Shown here one piece after another: positions 29,142 through 39,577 of a stretch of DNA of 64,000 bases. Made by a program: the position numbers and the translations under genes. The DNA is from Candidatus Calditenuaceae archaeon HR02. GTDB lineage: Archaea; Thermoproteota; Nitrososphaeria_A; Caldarchaeales; Calditenuaceae. The notes beneath the pieces were generated by a model. That model saw only the letters and a list, made by a program, of their open reading frames with translations, was not told the DNA's origin and did not search any database. How positions within the stretch are numbered: position 1 is the stretch's first letter; every line of letters begins with the position of its first letter. The stretch lies in NCBI GenBank assembly GCA_002898395.1, contig BEHE01000007.1, positions 22,872-86,871 of the forward strand, written 5' to 3'.

Positions 29142-29954
29142 CTACTTTTTCTGACTCTCCTGCGCGACTCCCCTCGCTACTCCCACTAGGCTTCCCAGCC
29201 CCCCTCCCCCCTCAGTGACTATTATCAGGTTCTTCTCCCTCGCAATCTCTGCCCAGGTCTGGAGCTCCCTCAATCTCATGGCATAGGGATTAGTTGCATA
29301 GGCTGCAGCTGCATCGGCCATTTTCTGAGCTGCAAGGAGCTCCCCCTCAGCTATTATAATCCTACTCCTCTTCTCCCTCTCCGCCTCGGCCTGCTTAGCC
29401 ATAGCCCTCTGCATAGACTCTGGGATAACGACATCTCTGATCGAAACGTTGGTTACCTTAATCCCCCAGGGCTCCGTAGCCTCGTCCAGAATAACCTGTA
29501 TCCTCCTGTTCAGCTCGTCCCTCCTCGCTAGGAGGTCGTCAAGCTCGACCTGGCCGATTACATCCCTTAAAGTTGTCTGCGCCAACAGGCTAGTTGCGAT
29601 CTGGTAGTCCCTCACCCTCAGGACGGCTGCCAGCGGGTCCTCCACCCGCATATAAACTACAGCGTCGACCTCCACGGTCACGTTATCCCTAGTCACAATT
29701 CGTTGACGCGGTACGTCGAATGTGATTATCCTGAGGTCGATGATTCTCGGCTGATCGACTATGGGGACCAGGAGTATTAGGCCTGGGCCCTTCGCCCCTA
29801 TAACCCTTCCGAGACGGAAGATAACTGCCCTCTCATACTCTCTTACAACCCTGATCGCTGAAGCCAAGATTATAATTAGTATCAGGACCAGTAGTATAAG
29901 GCCAATAATCGTTCCCACACCTACTTGGAGAGTAACCACCATCCCACCACTCAT
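29142..29954 (-). CDS. Stomatin/SPFH (slipin) protein
   Basis: EYERAVIFRLGR, TRDNVTV.VDAV, AQTTLR, QAEAERE.R. Confidence 0.95.
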   Translation of the reverse strand: MSGGMVVTLQVGVGTIIGLILLVLILIIILASAIRVVREYERAVIFRLGRVIGAKGPGLILLVPIVDQPRIIDLRIITFDVPRQRIVTRDNVTVEVDAVVYMRVEDPLAAVLRVRDYQIATSLLAQTTLRDVIGQVELDDLLARRDELNRRIQVILDEATEPWGIKVTNVSIRDVVIPESMQRAMAKQAEAEREKRSRIIIAEGELLAAQKMADAAAAYATNPYAMRLRELQTWAEIAREKNLIIVTEGGGGLGSLVGVARGVAQESQKK

Positions 29955-30067
29955 TACGGGGCCGTGTTTTTAAATGTTTCATATCGATCCGAAACGGCTG
30001 CCGGCTAGGGTCCAGGTTTTAAAAGACTAAAATATCGAGATTCGTTAACAATCCCGTAGACCGAGAA

Positions 30068-33000
30068 ATGTACGCGCTACCGCCGCGCTACGACTTCAGG
30101 AGTGTTGAGGAGGAGATAGCCAAGTTCTGGTCTGAGAATGATGTCCCGAAGAAGCACATGAGCATGAATCGGGGCGCCCCCATCTTCTCCTTCCTCGAGG
30201 GGCCACCAACCGTCAACTCCTACATGCATATCGGGCATGCTAGGGGGCGGGTCTACAAGGACATAGTCTTGAGGTTCCAGACGATGAGGGGGCTTGATGT
30301 CTGGCGGAGGGCTGGGTGGGATTGTCAGGGCCTACCCACTGAGCTGGAGGTTGAGAAGAGGCTCGGCATCAGTAGCAAGAAGGAGATTGAGGCTATTGGG
30401 ATGGAGAGGTTTGTGGAAGAGGCTAACGCTCTAGTCGACTACTATATCAATGAGTGGAGGAAGGCCTCTGAGCGTCTCGCCCTCTGGCTAGACTATGACA
30501 CAGCCTATCAGACGCGGAACGAGAGATACATGGAGCATGTGTGGTATCTGCTGAAAAAGTGTTATGAGAGCGGAGACTTGGTCGTCAGCTTCAAGGTAGT
30601 GCCCTTCTGCCCTAGGTGTGAGACTCCCCTCTCATCCCATGAGGTGGCTCAGGGATACGAAGAGGTTGAAGACTACTCGATCTATGTGAAGTTCCCCGTC
30701 GAAGGCGATGTAAATAGATACCTTGTCATATGGACAACCACGCCGTGGACCCTGGTTGCGAACGAGGCTGTAGCCATCAACCCCGAGGAAGAGTATGTCG
30801 AATTAGAGACGGATGGTTGGAGAATGATCGTTGCCCAGAAACTGCTGGAAAAGGTATGTTCCGATGCAGGGATAACAAGCTATAGTGTTCTGAGCCGGTT
30901 CACAGGTGCGAGCTTAGTGGGTCTAAGGTATGTTCATCCCCTTGGCGGGGAAGTCCGCGCACACACAAGCCACGGGCCTCCAGCCCACACGGTATTGCCG
31001 GCAGATTTTGTCTCGATGGATGAGGGAACTGGCCTGGTTCATATAGCCCCCGGCCACGGGCCTGAGGACTTCGAGCTGGGTAAAAGTCACGGGTTACCAA
31101 TATTCTGCCCCATCGGCACTAATGGGGTCTTCACGGAGGAGGGCGGGCGGTTCGCCGGTCTCGGATATAGGGAGGCGGCGGACCAGGTGATAAAAGTACT
31201 AGCAGGTAAGGGGCTGCTTCTCAAAGAGGGGCGTATACTTCACACCTACCCCCACTGTTGGAGGTGCGGTACCCCGCTCATTTATCTGACGAGCCGTCAA
31301 TGGTTCCTGAAGATCGACAGAATCAAGAAGCTTATGATAGAGGAGAATGCGAAGGTCAAGTGGTACCCAGCTTGGGCGGGGCAGAACAGGTTTGGAGAAT
31401 GGCTCGAAAACGCGGAAGACTGGTGCATCTCTAGGACAAGGATTTGGGGGACTCCGCTTAACATCTGGTCCTGTAGCAAATGCGGCAGCACGCGGGCTGT
31501 AGGCTCAAAGGCGGAGCTTGAGGCTGCTGAGAAGAAGCCAACCCCACTAAGGATGCATAGGCCTTGGGTGGACAGGGTTGTCTTCAGGTGCGAGAAGTGT
31601 GGGGGCGAGATGTATAGGGAGCCCTTCGTCCTAGATACGTGGCTTGACTCCGGTGTTGCACACTTCGCGGGTGTAGACTGGCTAGGGGACCGGAGGCTAT
31701 TCGAGAAGCTCTTCCCCTACGACTTCATCACAGAGGCGATAGACCAGACGAGGGGCTGGTTCTACACCCTTCTCTTCACCTCTGCCTTGATGTTCGGGAA
31801 AGCCCCCTACAAGATAGTGCTGAGCCAGAACTTCGTCCTAGACAGGTTTGGGAAAAAGATGTCTAAGAGCAGGGGTAATGTGCTCTGGGCGACAGACGCG
31901 ATGGACAGCTGGGGTGTAGACAATGTCAGGCTCTATCTCGTCAGCAAGGCCCAGAGCTGGGAGACAATAAACTTCGATCCGGATGAAGTCAAGCAGGTCA
32001 ACCAGTCCCTCAACATTCTATGGAACGTGGTCTCATTTGCGAAGACATACTTTGACCTAGACAGGTATGACCCAGAGAAGGAACCTGTCTGGGCTATGCT
32101 TAACTACGCCGAGCCCGAGGACAGGTGGATCCTCTCGAGAGTAAACACACTGACAAAGTATGTGACATCCAGTATTGAGAGGTTTGAGATACACGAAGCG
32201 GCGAGAAGCCTCTTAAACTTCATAGTAGAGGATCTGAGCAGGACGTATGTCCGCGCTGTTAGGAGGAGGTTCTGGACTGAGGAGAGGACTCCCTCAAAGA
32301 TAGCAGCCTATGCAACACTACACTACGTGCTGAGAAAACTCCTGCCACTCCTCTCAATCTTTGCCCCATACATTTCGGAGTATCTCTACCAGCGGCTCAA
32401 GACAGAGAATGACCCGCTCAGCGTCTGCCTAAATAGGTGGCCACGGCCCGACGAAGCTCTCATAAACCCCGAGATTGAGGACCAGATGCAGGTGGCCGAA
32501 GACGTAATCGCCGCAACATTGAATGCCAGGAATAGGGCGAGGAGGAAGCTTCGCTGGCCCCTGAGGCGGATAATTATAGCGCCCAACTCCCCGCGCGCCA
32601 AGGAATCAGTTCAGGTCTTGAGATCCTACATAGAGAGGATGACTAACAGCTTTTCTGTCGAGGTTCTTGACGTCGGTCAAAAGCCCGCCGAAATCATTAG
32701 AAGACTCGTTCCAGTAAACTCGCGTCTAGGCCCCAGGGCTGGGAAGAAGCTCCCACTCGTCTCGGAGGCGTTATCTAAGGCGCGTGTGGGCGAGCTTTTA
32801 GACCAAATCGCTAAGACCGGTCATTACACTCTGATGTTGAGTGATGGCTCGGTTTTCGATGTGGTAGAAGGTGATTTCCAGGTTGTTGAGGAGCTGCCAG
32901 CTCACTTGTTTGAGGGCGAAGGACGCTTCGCGATGGTCTACATAGACGTCTCGGAGGACGAGAGGTTAAAGTCGATATCTCTCGCCAATGAGGTGATAAG

Positions 33001-33256
33001 GAGGATCCAGGTCATGAGGAAGGAGCTTAACCTAGAGATTACCAGGGAGGTTCCGTGCGTAGTCTCGGTTGAGCCTCAGCCCCTCCAGGAGAGTCTTAAG
33101 CCCCTAGTCGAGTACATAGAGGAGGAAACAAGGACTAGGATAAGCTTTGGTGCTGGTAAAGAGATTCCTAGCGCGGCATATAGTCGGGATTGGGTGCTCG
33201 AGCAGGGAGTCCTAACTGTCGCCATATTATTGGAGGAAGAGGGCAAGACTGCCTAG
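30068..33256 (+). CDS. ileS: Isoleucyl-tRNA synthetase
   Basis: EGPPT..HIGH, GWDCQGLP, WTTTPWT, DWCISR, DQTRGWF, KMSKS. Confidence 0.97.
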   Translation: MYALPPRYDFRSVEEEIAKFWSENDVPKKHMSMNRGAPIFSFLEGPPTVNSYMHIGHARGRVYKDIVLRFQTMRGLDVWRRAGWDCQGLPTELEVEKRLGISSKKEIEAIGMERFVEEANALVDYYINEWRKASERLALWLDYDTAYQTRNERYMEHVWYLLKKCYESGDLVVSFKVVPFCPRCETPLSSHEVAQGYEEVEDYSIYVKFPVEGDVNRYLVIWTTTPWTLVANEAVAINPEEEYVELETDGWRMIVAQKLLEKVCSDAGITSYSVLSRFTGASLVGLRYVHPLGGEVRAHTSHGPPAHTVLPADFVSMDEGTGLVHIAPGHGPEDFELGKSHGLPIFCPIGTNGVFTEEGGRFAGLGYREAADQVIKVLAGKGLLLKEGRILHTYPHCWRCGTPLIYLTSRQWFLKIDRIKKLMIEENAKVKWYPAWAGQNRFGEWLENAEDWCISRTRIWGTPLNIWSCSKCGSTRAVGSKAELEAAEKKPTPLRMHRPWVDRVVFRCEKCGGEMYREPFVLDTWLDSGVAHFAGVDWLGDRRLFEKLFPYDFITEAIDQTRGWFYTLLFTSALMFGKAPYKIVLSQNFVLDRFGKKMSKSRGNVLWATDAMDSWGVDNVRLYLVSKAQSWETINFDPDEVKQVNQSLNILWNVVSFAKTYFDLDRYDPEKEPVWAMLNYAEPEDRWILSRVNTLTKYVTSSIERFEIHEAARSLLNFIVEDLSRTYVRAVRRRFWTEERTPSKIAAYATLHYVLRKLLPLLSIFAPYISEYLYQRLKTENDPLSVCLNRWPRPDEALINPEIEDQMQVAEDVIAATLNARNRARRKLRWPLRRIIIAPNSPRAKESVQVLRSYIERMTNSFSVEVLDVGQKPAEIIRRLVPVNSRLGPRAGKKLPLVSEALSKARVGELLDQIAKTGHYTLMLSDGSVFDVVEGDFQVVEELPAHLFEGEGRFAMVYIDVSEDERLKSISLANEVIRRIQVMRKELNLEITREVPCVVSVEPQPLQESLKPLVEYIEEETRTRISFGAGKEIPSAAYSRDWVLEQGVLTVAILLEEEGKTA

Positions 33257-33259
33257 TCG

Positions 33260-34138
33260 ATGAAGGATCTGAAACGGATTGCCAGCCTCGTTGGAAGCCT
33301 CTCAGAGATAGAGTTCAAGGTACTGGAAACGATCGAGAGGATAGCTGACCAGGGGCGGGTAGCCACGCCGGATGCTATCGCCAGGTCCCTCAAACTCGGC
33401 ACGGATTATGTTGCGAAGATGCTGGATGAGCTTAACAGGAGGAGGCTCGTCTGGTCTCCGCGTGGAAGGGGCCGCGAATACATGCTTAACTTCGCCAGCC
33501 TCGATATGCTCGCACTACACAGCGCATCCAGGCGTGGAATACTAACTCATATAGGCGTCAAGATTGGTGTTGGGAAGGAGGCAGACATCTATGTGGGGCG
33601 GACCGGAGAGGGGAACGTCGTGGGCGTCAAGTTCTACAGGATAGGTAGGACAAGCATCAAAAAGCATAGACGTTTTCGAGAGGTAGGACTTGAGGCTGCA
33701 AATTATCTTGCATCCTCGAAGATGTCTGCCCAGCGTGAGATACAGGCACTCCGCATCCTCTATCCCAAGGGGGTGCCAGTTCCGGCCCCTGTATATCGTA
33801 ACAGACACATGGTCGTCACCTCTCTAATTGAGGGAGAGCTGCTGGCCCGCGTCGATAAACTATCTGAGCCCGAGGCCCTGTTATGGGAGATTATCAAGTC
33901 CGTCAAGATGGCTCTTGAGGCGGGTGTGATACACTGCGACCTGAGCCACTACAATATCCTCATCACACCCGAGGAGCGTCACGTGATAATTGACTGGCCC
34001 CAGTGGGTGAGGCCCTCACATCCAAACGCCGAGCTATACCTGAGACGGGATATCGAGAACATCGCCACGTTCTTCAGGAGAAAGTTCAGGCTGGCTGGGT
34101 CGGTTGAGGGGGTCATCGGGTGGGTCTCGAAGGACTAG
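33260..34138 (+). CDS. rio2: RIO2 kinase
   Basis: N-terminal wHTH, GVGKEADIY, HCDLS.YN, IIDWPQ. Confidence 0.92.
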   Translation: MKDLKRIASLVGSLSEIEFKVLETIERIADQGRVATPDAIARSLKLGTDYVAKMLDELNRRRLVWSPRGRGREYMLNFASLDMLALHSASRRGILTHIGVKIGVGKEADIYVGRTGEGNVVGVKFYRIGRTSIKKHRRFREVGLEAANYLASSKMSAQREIQALRILYPKGVPVPAPVYRNRHMVVTSLIEGELLARVDKLSEPEALLWEIIKSVKMALEAGVIHCDLSHYNILITPEERHVIIDWPQWVRPSHPNAELYLRRDIENIATFFRRKFRLAGSVEGVIGWVSKD

Positions 34139-34286
34139 GGTCTTAGGGCTGGACGGGCCGTTGAATACGCCATGAAACGGGGAATGCCAGTGCTTAGGTA
34201 CTACCACTCAATTACTATTGGATAAGCCGTGCGGCCTTTTTTGCGGCTTGCTTAATTAGAGGCCGGTAATACTGAGGGCAGGTGAC

Positions 34287-35072
34287 TTGGTGGTGGCAGC
34301 TCGTCCCAAGAAGAAGCATGGTGTCCTCGCCCTCATATTTCGGAGAAGATCCATCAGAGTCTTCAGAGACGCGAAGCCTAATAGGAGTATTCTTGAGCTC
34401 TTGGTGGAAGCGGGACAGAGGGCGCCCTGCGTCTATCAGTCATACACGATCATCAATATAGAGAGGTCTGAGCTGCGGGAAAAGATATACGAGTTGACGG
34501 AGGACAACATCATTAAGCAGGCCCCCATCCTTTTGCTCCTCTGCATAGACCTTAGGAGGACGCGAATGCTGTTCGACCTGCTTGAGGCCGAGCACACCCT
34601 ATCCAGGCCGCCAAACCCTATTGAGACTGTGGAGGCCATATTCGAGGCCGGCTTGTTCGCGGAGAATCTAATCTTGGCCGGCGAGGCCATCGGCTACTCC
34701 TCAGTCATTCTCGACTGGCCGCTTAAGCTCGGACTGGAGCTTCAAAAAATCCTCAACATTCCAAGTGGTGTGGCTCCTCTCTTTTTTGTCTGCATGGGTC
34801 CGCCTGGCGAGAACCCGCCGATAAGGCCAAGGATGCCTCTCGACTTGGTGCTGATGTCTGACACGTATCGCGAGCCTAGGAGGGAGCAGCTTCAGAAATA
34901 TCTGGATGAGGCGTCAGAGAAGCTTGCATCTGAGGGTTATGTATTGAAGTATGTCGGTATTCGGTCTACATATAGGCAATACCTCGCTGAAAAGATTAGG
35001 AGGGATAGGGAGATGGAGGTGCTTGAGGCTGAGACATCTGAGTTTTTAAGGCGGAACGGCCTCACAATATAA
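34287..35072 (+). CDS. Nitroreductase family protein
   Basis: RRSIR.F, AGQRAP, QSY.II, PP.RPR.P. Confidence 0.85.
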   Translation: MVVAARPKKKHGVLALIFRRRSIRVFRDAKPNRSILELLVEAGQRAPCVYQSYTIINIERSELREKIYELTEDNIIKQAPILLLLCIDLRRTRMLFDLLEAEHTLSRPPNPIETVEAIFEAGLFAENLILAGEAIGYSSVILDWPLKLGLELQKILNIPSGVAPLFFVCMGPPGENPPIRPRMPLDLVLMSDTYREPRREQLQKYLDEASEKLASEGYVLKYVGIRSTYRQYLAEKIRRDREMEVLEAETSEFLRRNGLTI

Positions 35073-35115
35073 GCCCTCAGCGAGAAGTAACAATTTATTA
35101 CCGGTCTCAATATAT

Positions 35116-36183
35116 TTGCGAGACGTGGAGATCGAACAAGAGTTAAACAGCTACGCGAGGCTGGTCAATGAGGCCCTCGAGGAGCTCTTCCCCAGAACAC
35201 CTGGGGAGAACTATTATCGGAGAGTGGCGGGTCTCTCTTCCGGAGAGATAGACATACACTCTCTCAACGAGGTTATTGCAAGACCTGCATGGGACCTGTT
35301 GGATAGGGGTGGTAAGCGCTGGAGGCCCGCGCTCGGAATGCTAGTCTACGAGGCTCTGGGAGGCAGTGCAGGGGATATAGTACATCTACTCACAATCCCG
35401 GAGCTGATACATAATGGGACACTAATAGTGGATGACGTCGAGGATGGAAGTGAGGTCAGACGTGGAAAGCCCTGCATCCATAGGATCTACGGTGAGGATG
35501 TCGCAATCAATGTAGGTAATACGCTATACTACCTTCCGGTCGCCGCCGTCTTCTCAAAAATCCGCATACCAGAAGCGGCTCAAGCCTCCCTCCTGAAAAT
35601 CTATGTGGAGGAGATGCTCAGGCTAAGCCTAGGACAGGCCCTAGACATAGCATGGCATAGAGGAATTGGCAAAGAGGTTAACGAGTCCCAGTACCTCCTG
35701 ATGTGTGACCTAAAGACCGGAAGCCTCGCCAGGCTCTCAGTAAGGATTGCATGTCTAATGGCGGGCGTGGATAGCGTGGTGGAGGAAAAGTTCAGCAGGT
35801 TCGCCTCCTCTATCGCGGTAGCATTCCAGATTCAGGATGACCTCCTAAACCTCATAGGAGACGAGTCGCTCTATGGCAAGGAGATAGGAGGAGACCTAAG
35901 GGAGGGTAAGAGGACTTTAATGGTTATACATGCGCTACGAATGCTTCCCCGGGACAAGAGTGAGAAGATTCGAGGAGTATTGGGTGTGAAGACAGCCGAC
36001 AGGGCGGCGATAGATGAAGCCATAGAGCTGATAAAGTCTAGTGGGGCGATAGAGTATAGCAAGTCTGTCGCTAGGCGTCTCGTAGAGGATGGATGGAGTG
36101 CAATAGAGCCTGAGCTGAGACCGTGCCGTGCCAAAGAACTACTGCGCTCACTTGCCGAGTACCTAATTGTAAGGAGCAGATAA
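35116..36183 (+). CDS. Polyprenyl diphosphate synthase
   Basis: GGKRWRP, DDVED...RRG, GQALD, FQIQDD, EGK.T. Confidence 0.93.
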   Translation: MRDVEIEQELNSYARLVNEALEELFPRTPGENYYRRVAGLSSGEIDIHSLNEVIARPAWDLLDRGGKRWRPALGMLVYEALGGSAGDIVHLLTIPELIHNGTLIVDDVEDGSEVRRGKPCIHRIYGEDVAINVGNTLYYLPVAAVFSKIRIPEAAQASLLKIYVEEMLRLSLGQALDIAWHRGIGKEVNESQYLLMCDLKTGSLARLSVRIACLMAGVDSVVEEKFSRFASSIAVAFQIQDDLLNLIGDESLYGKEIGGDLREGKRTLMVIHALRMLPRDKSEKIRGVLGVKTADRAAIDEAIELIKSSGAIEYSKSVARRLVEDGWSAIEPELRPCRAKELLRSLAEYLIVRSR

Positions 36184-36189
36184 GACCCT

Positions 36190-37515
36190 CTACTGGATCT
36201 TATCGCTAACGCCTGCTAGGGATAGGAACTCCTTACTCAGCCGGGTGAGGGAGTAGAGTTCAACTCCAGCCTCGCGGAGGAGCTTCTCAGCACCCTCATT
36301 CCTATCAAAGATCACAAAATATTTGTCTATCACTCCCCCCTCCTCCCGAACAGCCTTTACACACTCAAGCGCACTATTACCGGTGGTGACGACGTCGTCA
36401 ACGCCCACATAGAGTGTCCCGGGCTTGACTACCCCCTCTACCTTTCTCTCAAGCCCGTGAGCCTTTCTCTCCATCCTAACGTAGACAAGCCCCACGCCGA
36501 GTCTGTCTGCGACAATGCTCGCTAGAGGTATTCCAGCCGTGGCTGTCGTCGCAATCTCGAAGCCAGACCTGCCAACACGTCTAGATACCGCCCCGGTCAT
36601 GAGCCTGGCTATGAGCGACCTTGAGACTGGGTCAGAGTATAGCGACCTACAGTCTATGTAGATTCGGCTCCACCCTCCACTCGAGAGTTGGACCGGCTTC
36701 TCATATATGTTCAAGACTCCCTTCGTCCTGATTATCGCCCTACTGGCGAGGATGAACTCCCTCTGTCGCGATAGGGTCTCTGCGATGTTTGCAGCCTCCG
36801 CTACCGGGTCCTCTGCAAGTATTATCGTCCTCCCCACATTGATCAGTAATCTCTCACCACCGGCCCTGATCATGGGCATCGGATCCCCTCCTTGGGCGCC
36901 AAATCCCGGTGAAAGGATTATTGCCTCCTCACCAACTCTCTGCCTGATCTCTGCTATCTCCCCTTCATCGAGGCTTGACGAGAGCCCAACCACGAACCCA
37001 TCCACCCCCGCCTCAACCCCTTCCTCAATAAACCTCCAGTAGAGTGGCTCACCATCCACTCTGCGACGGAAGTATTTCTCGCCGTATCTGCCCGATGGAT
37101 GGGCGAGTAGGAATACGCCTAGCCCATGCTCATGCGCCTCATCCACCACCTCTCCGACGTTGCCGAAGAGGGGGTTGAGGGTAAAGGCATCGTAGCCCAG
37201 CCTCGCAATGGTGTTTACGCCGGCCTTGGCTGATTCGCCGATGTCCCCGAGCTTACAGTCCAGAATAGTTAAAAGGCTCAGTTTCCTCGCCAGCCCGGTT
37301 ATGGCCCTGTGCCCATCCTCTCCGAGGCCGCGCAAGTGATTCTCGTTCAGCTTAACGGCTGAGCAAAACCTGCCGAGCTGCTGGATCCTATCGAGACAGA
37401 ATCTAAGCCTTAGGCTTGGGTCGTGGTAGACCCACGGCGGCGGGTCGAGTCCAAGACATAGAATGCTGCCAGAGATCTCGACGACCCTGTCATACCTCTC
37501 CTTGAGCAAAGACAC
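36190..37515 (-). CDS. Bifunctional OMP decarboxylase-orotate phosphoribosyltransferase (PyrF-PyrE)
   Basis: CLGLDP, DCKLGDI, PGFGAQGG, then LSSG..S..YID.R, RKAHG, VDDVVTTG. Confidence 0.92.
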   Translation of the reverse strand: MSLLKERYDRVVEISGSILCLGLDPPPWVYHDPSLRLRFCLDRIQQLGRFCSAVKLNENHLRGLGEDGHRAITGLARKLSLLTILDCKLGDIGESAKAGVNTIARLGYDAFTLNPLFGNVGEVVDEAHEHGLGVFLLAHPSGRYGEKYFRRRVDGEPLYWRFIEEGVEAGVDGFVVGLSSSLDEGEIAEIRQRVGEEAIILSPGFGAQGGDPMPMIRAGGERLLINVGRTIILAEDPVAEAANIAETLSRQREFILASRAIIRTKGVLNIYEKPVQLSSGGWSRIYIDCRSLYSDPVSRSLIARLMTGAVSRRVGRSGFEIATTATAGIPLASIVADRLGVGLVYVRMERKAHGLERKVEGVVKPGTLYVGVDDVVTTGNSALECVKAVREEGGVIDKYFVIFDRNEGAEKLLREAGVELYSLTRLSKEFLSLAGVSDKIQ

Positions 37516-37626
37516 CTGCTAGCGCCTCGTATCCCCTCTTAAAAACGATTTCCATCCCATCGAAAGCACAATCGTCTTAAGAAGTGTACAGCCTCTCCAG
37601 GCACCGACCCCCTAAATTCTTATCAA

Positions 37627-38631
37627 TTGGCTAGCGCCACACTACTTGACTTGCCTCTGATAAGGATGGAGGGGGTTGCTCCGGTTTTCGTGGACCGCGG
37701 GTCTCGGATCCTCTTTGACGCAGCGGAGGGGCAGGGGTTGAGGTGTCTGAGCCACGCACACATGGACCATGCAGGCTCGCCTACAGAGCTCAATGTGATG
37801 ACAGGCGAGACCCATAAAATCTTCGCCTCCCGTAAAAAATACTATAGGAGATTCATTGAATCCCCCCTCGGGGTCAAGATAAAACTACCACAAGGCACCC
37901 TCCTCACGGCCCTCAACTCGGGGCACATGCTCGGCTCAAGCATGTTTAAACTAGAGGCCGATGGTCTCTCCATACTCTATACTGGCGACATGAACATCTA
38001 TGACAACATCCTACAGAGGGGTGCAGAACAGCACGAAGCCGACGTCCTTGTCATCGAGGCAACCTATGGCTCTCCCATCTACAAGTTCCCTGACAGGGAG
38101 GGAATCTATTACGAGATGATCAAGTGGGTGAGAGAGACCCTCGCGCGGGGCGATATACCCGCCCTCAAGGTCTACTCCGCCGGCAAGGCTCAAGAGATTA
38201 TCGCCCTCGTTAACAAGACGCTAAGTGTGCCCGTCCTAACCACGCCGGAGATCTACAAGGTCTCGATGGTTTATAGGAGCAAGTTCAGGTGGATGGACTT
38301 CTTGAGGGCCGGGACCCAGGAGGGCTATGAAGCCGCTAGGAACGGCGCTGTCTATGTCTCTGCGCGGAGGGACGTCTCCCAGCTCGCAAACAGGCGTGTC
38401 AGATGGGCGCTAGCCACAGGCTGGGTGCTGACCAGTAGACAAGAGGGTTTCGACGCCTACTTCCCACTCTCCGCCCACTCAGATTTCCACGGCCTAGTCT
38501 CATACGCGAAAAATTCGGATTACAAGATAGTTCTGACGATCTATGGCTTCTCCTCAACCCTTGCTAGGCATCTGAGACGTCTCGGCATCAACGCCTACTC
38601 GCTGGAGGAAAAATTGTGCATTAAGTTCTAA
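37627..38631 (+). CDS. MBL-fold/beta-CASP-type nuclease-like protein
   Basis: SHAHMDH, GHMLGS, YTGD, IEATYG, GKAQE, LSAHSD. Confidence 0.85.
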   Translation: MASATLLDLPLIRMEGVAPVFVDRGSRILFDAAEGQGLRCLSHAHMDHAGSPTELNVMTGETHKIFASRKKYYRRFIESPLGVKIKLPQGTLLTALNSGHMLGSSMFKLEADGLSILYTGDMNIYDNILQRGAEQHEADVLVIEATYGSPIYKFPDREGIYYEMIKWVRETLARGDIPALKVYSAGKAQEIIALVNKTLSVPVLTTPEIYKVSMVYRSKFRWMDFLRAGTQEGYEAARNGAVYVSARRDVSQLANRRVRWALATGWVLTSRQEGFDAYFPLSAHSDFHGLVSYAKNSDYKIVLTIYGFSSTLARHLRRLGINAYSLEEKLCIKF

Positions 38632-38637
38632 GAATTT

Positions 38638-38757
38638 TCACTGGCTTGAGCAAGTTATGCAAAGCCCACAGCGAGGACACCTTCTAGTCCCTGATGGAAC
38701 CTCTAGGTGGCACCGGGGGCACTCCTCAACCTCCTCTACTACCTGCCTGCTCAGCAT
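38638..38757 (-). CDS. Small Cys-rich protein, 39 aa, three CxxC motifs
   Basis: MLSRQVVEEVEECPRCHLEVPSGTRRCPRCGLCITCSSQ; GAGGGGTG RBS and TTTATA box upstream. Confidence 0.7.
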   Translation of the reverse strand: MLSRQVVEEVEECPRCHLEVPSGTRRCPRCGLCITCSSQ

Positions 38758-38861
38758 CCACCCCTCTAACGAGAGTCTCGCATTAGCGAATATAAACTTT
38801 AAATACCGTGGAATTTAAAAGAATTAACGTTAATAAATCAAAAAGTAAATGAAGTATAACC

Positions 38862-39113
38862 GTGGTCAACGTCAGAATAGTTTACTGCGTGCCATGCGGA
38901 CACCTGCCTAGGGCTATGGAGCTTGCAAACCACCTCCTACAGACGTTCGGCATGGAGTACAACAAACGCTTTTCAGTAACCCTCGACACATCTGACGGCG
39001 GAACCTTTGAGGTTTACATCGATGACGTGAAAGTGTATTCGAGGAAGGAGCAGGGAGGTAGATTCCCCACTGCGGAAGAGATCGTTAAAGAGGTCAGGAA
39101 TAGGGCTAGGTAG
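38862..39113 (+). CDS. Rdx (SelT/SelW/SelH) family protein
   Basis: I.YCVPCG...RA, GGTFEV, SRK..GRFP. Confidence 0.9.
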   Translation: MVNVRIVYCVPCGHLPRAMELANHLLQTFGMEYNKRFSVTLDTSDGGTFEVYIDDVKVYSRKEQGGRFPTAEEIVKEVRNRAR

Positions 39114-39564
39114 ACCGCTGTACTTCTCTCTCCAGAAACTCGATAGCCAGTTTAACGTGCTCATCAGGTTTAACCCCATCGATTATTTTGACTATCCTAC
39201 CCTCAGGAGATATTATGAAGGTCTTCCGCTTCGCGGTCTTGAATAGGCTATTGTACGCGTCGAAGAGACGTGATATCTCGCCGTTCTTGTCACTGAGCAG
39301 TGGGAATGTTAGGTTGTATTTCTGTGCGAATTTCTCGTGGCTCTTAATGTCGTCGGTGCTTATACCATAGACTTCAGCCCCACATCTTGTCAAAACACCC
39401 ATGTTATCTCTAAAGCTACAGGCCTCTGATGTACACCCAGGCGTATTGTCTTTTGGGTAGAAGTAGAGTATTATATAGCGGTTCTTTCCGAGCCTCGTGC
39501 CAAGCCTGAACTCTCCTCTTGTTGAGGGGAGAGAGAAGTCAGGGCAAATGTCACCCACTTCCAT
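39106..39564 (-). CDS. bcp: Peroxiredoxin Bcp
   Basis: FYPKDNTPGCTSEACSFRD; ATG 39564 chosen. Confidence 0.93.
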   Translation of the reverse strand: MEVGDICPDFSLPSTRGEFRLGTRLGKNRYIILYFYPKDNTPGCTSEACSFRDNMGVLTRCGAEVYGISTDDIKSHEKFAQKYNLTFPLLSDKNGEISRLFDAYNSLFKTAKRKTFIISPEGRIVKIIDGVKPDEHVKLAIEFLEREVQRST

Positions 39565-39577
39565 ATCCAACAATACC

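Noticed and set aside
34139-34260. Possible small RNA between rio2 and the nitroreductase
   Set aside because: Short stems only; no tRNA, C/D or H/ACA pattern I can support
38862-39113. Selenoprotein
   Set aside because: The motif is CVPC with no in-frame TGA
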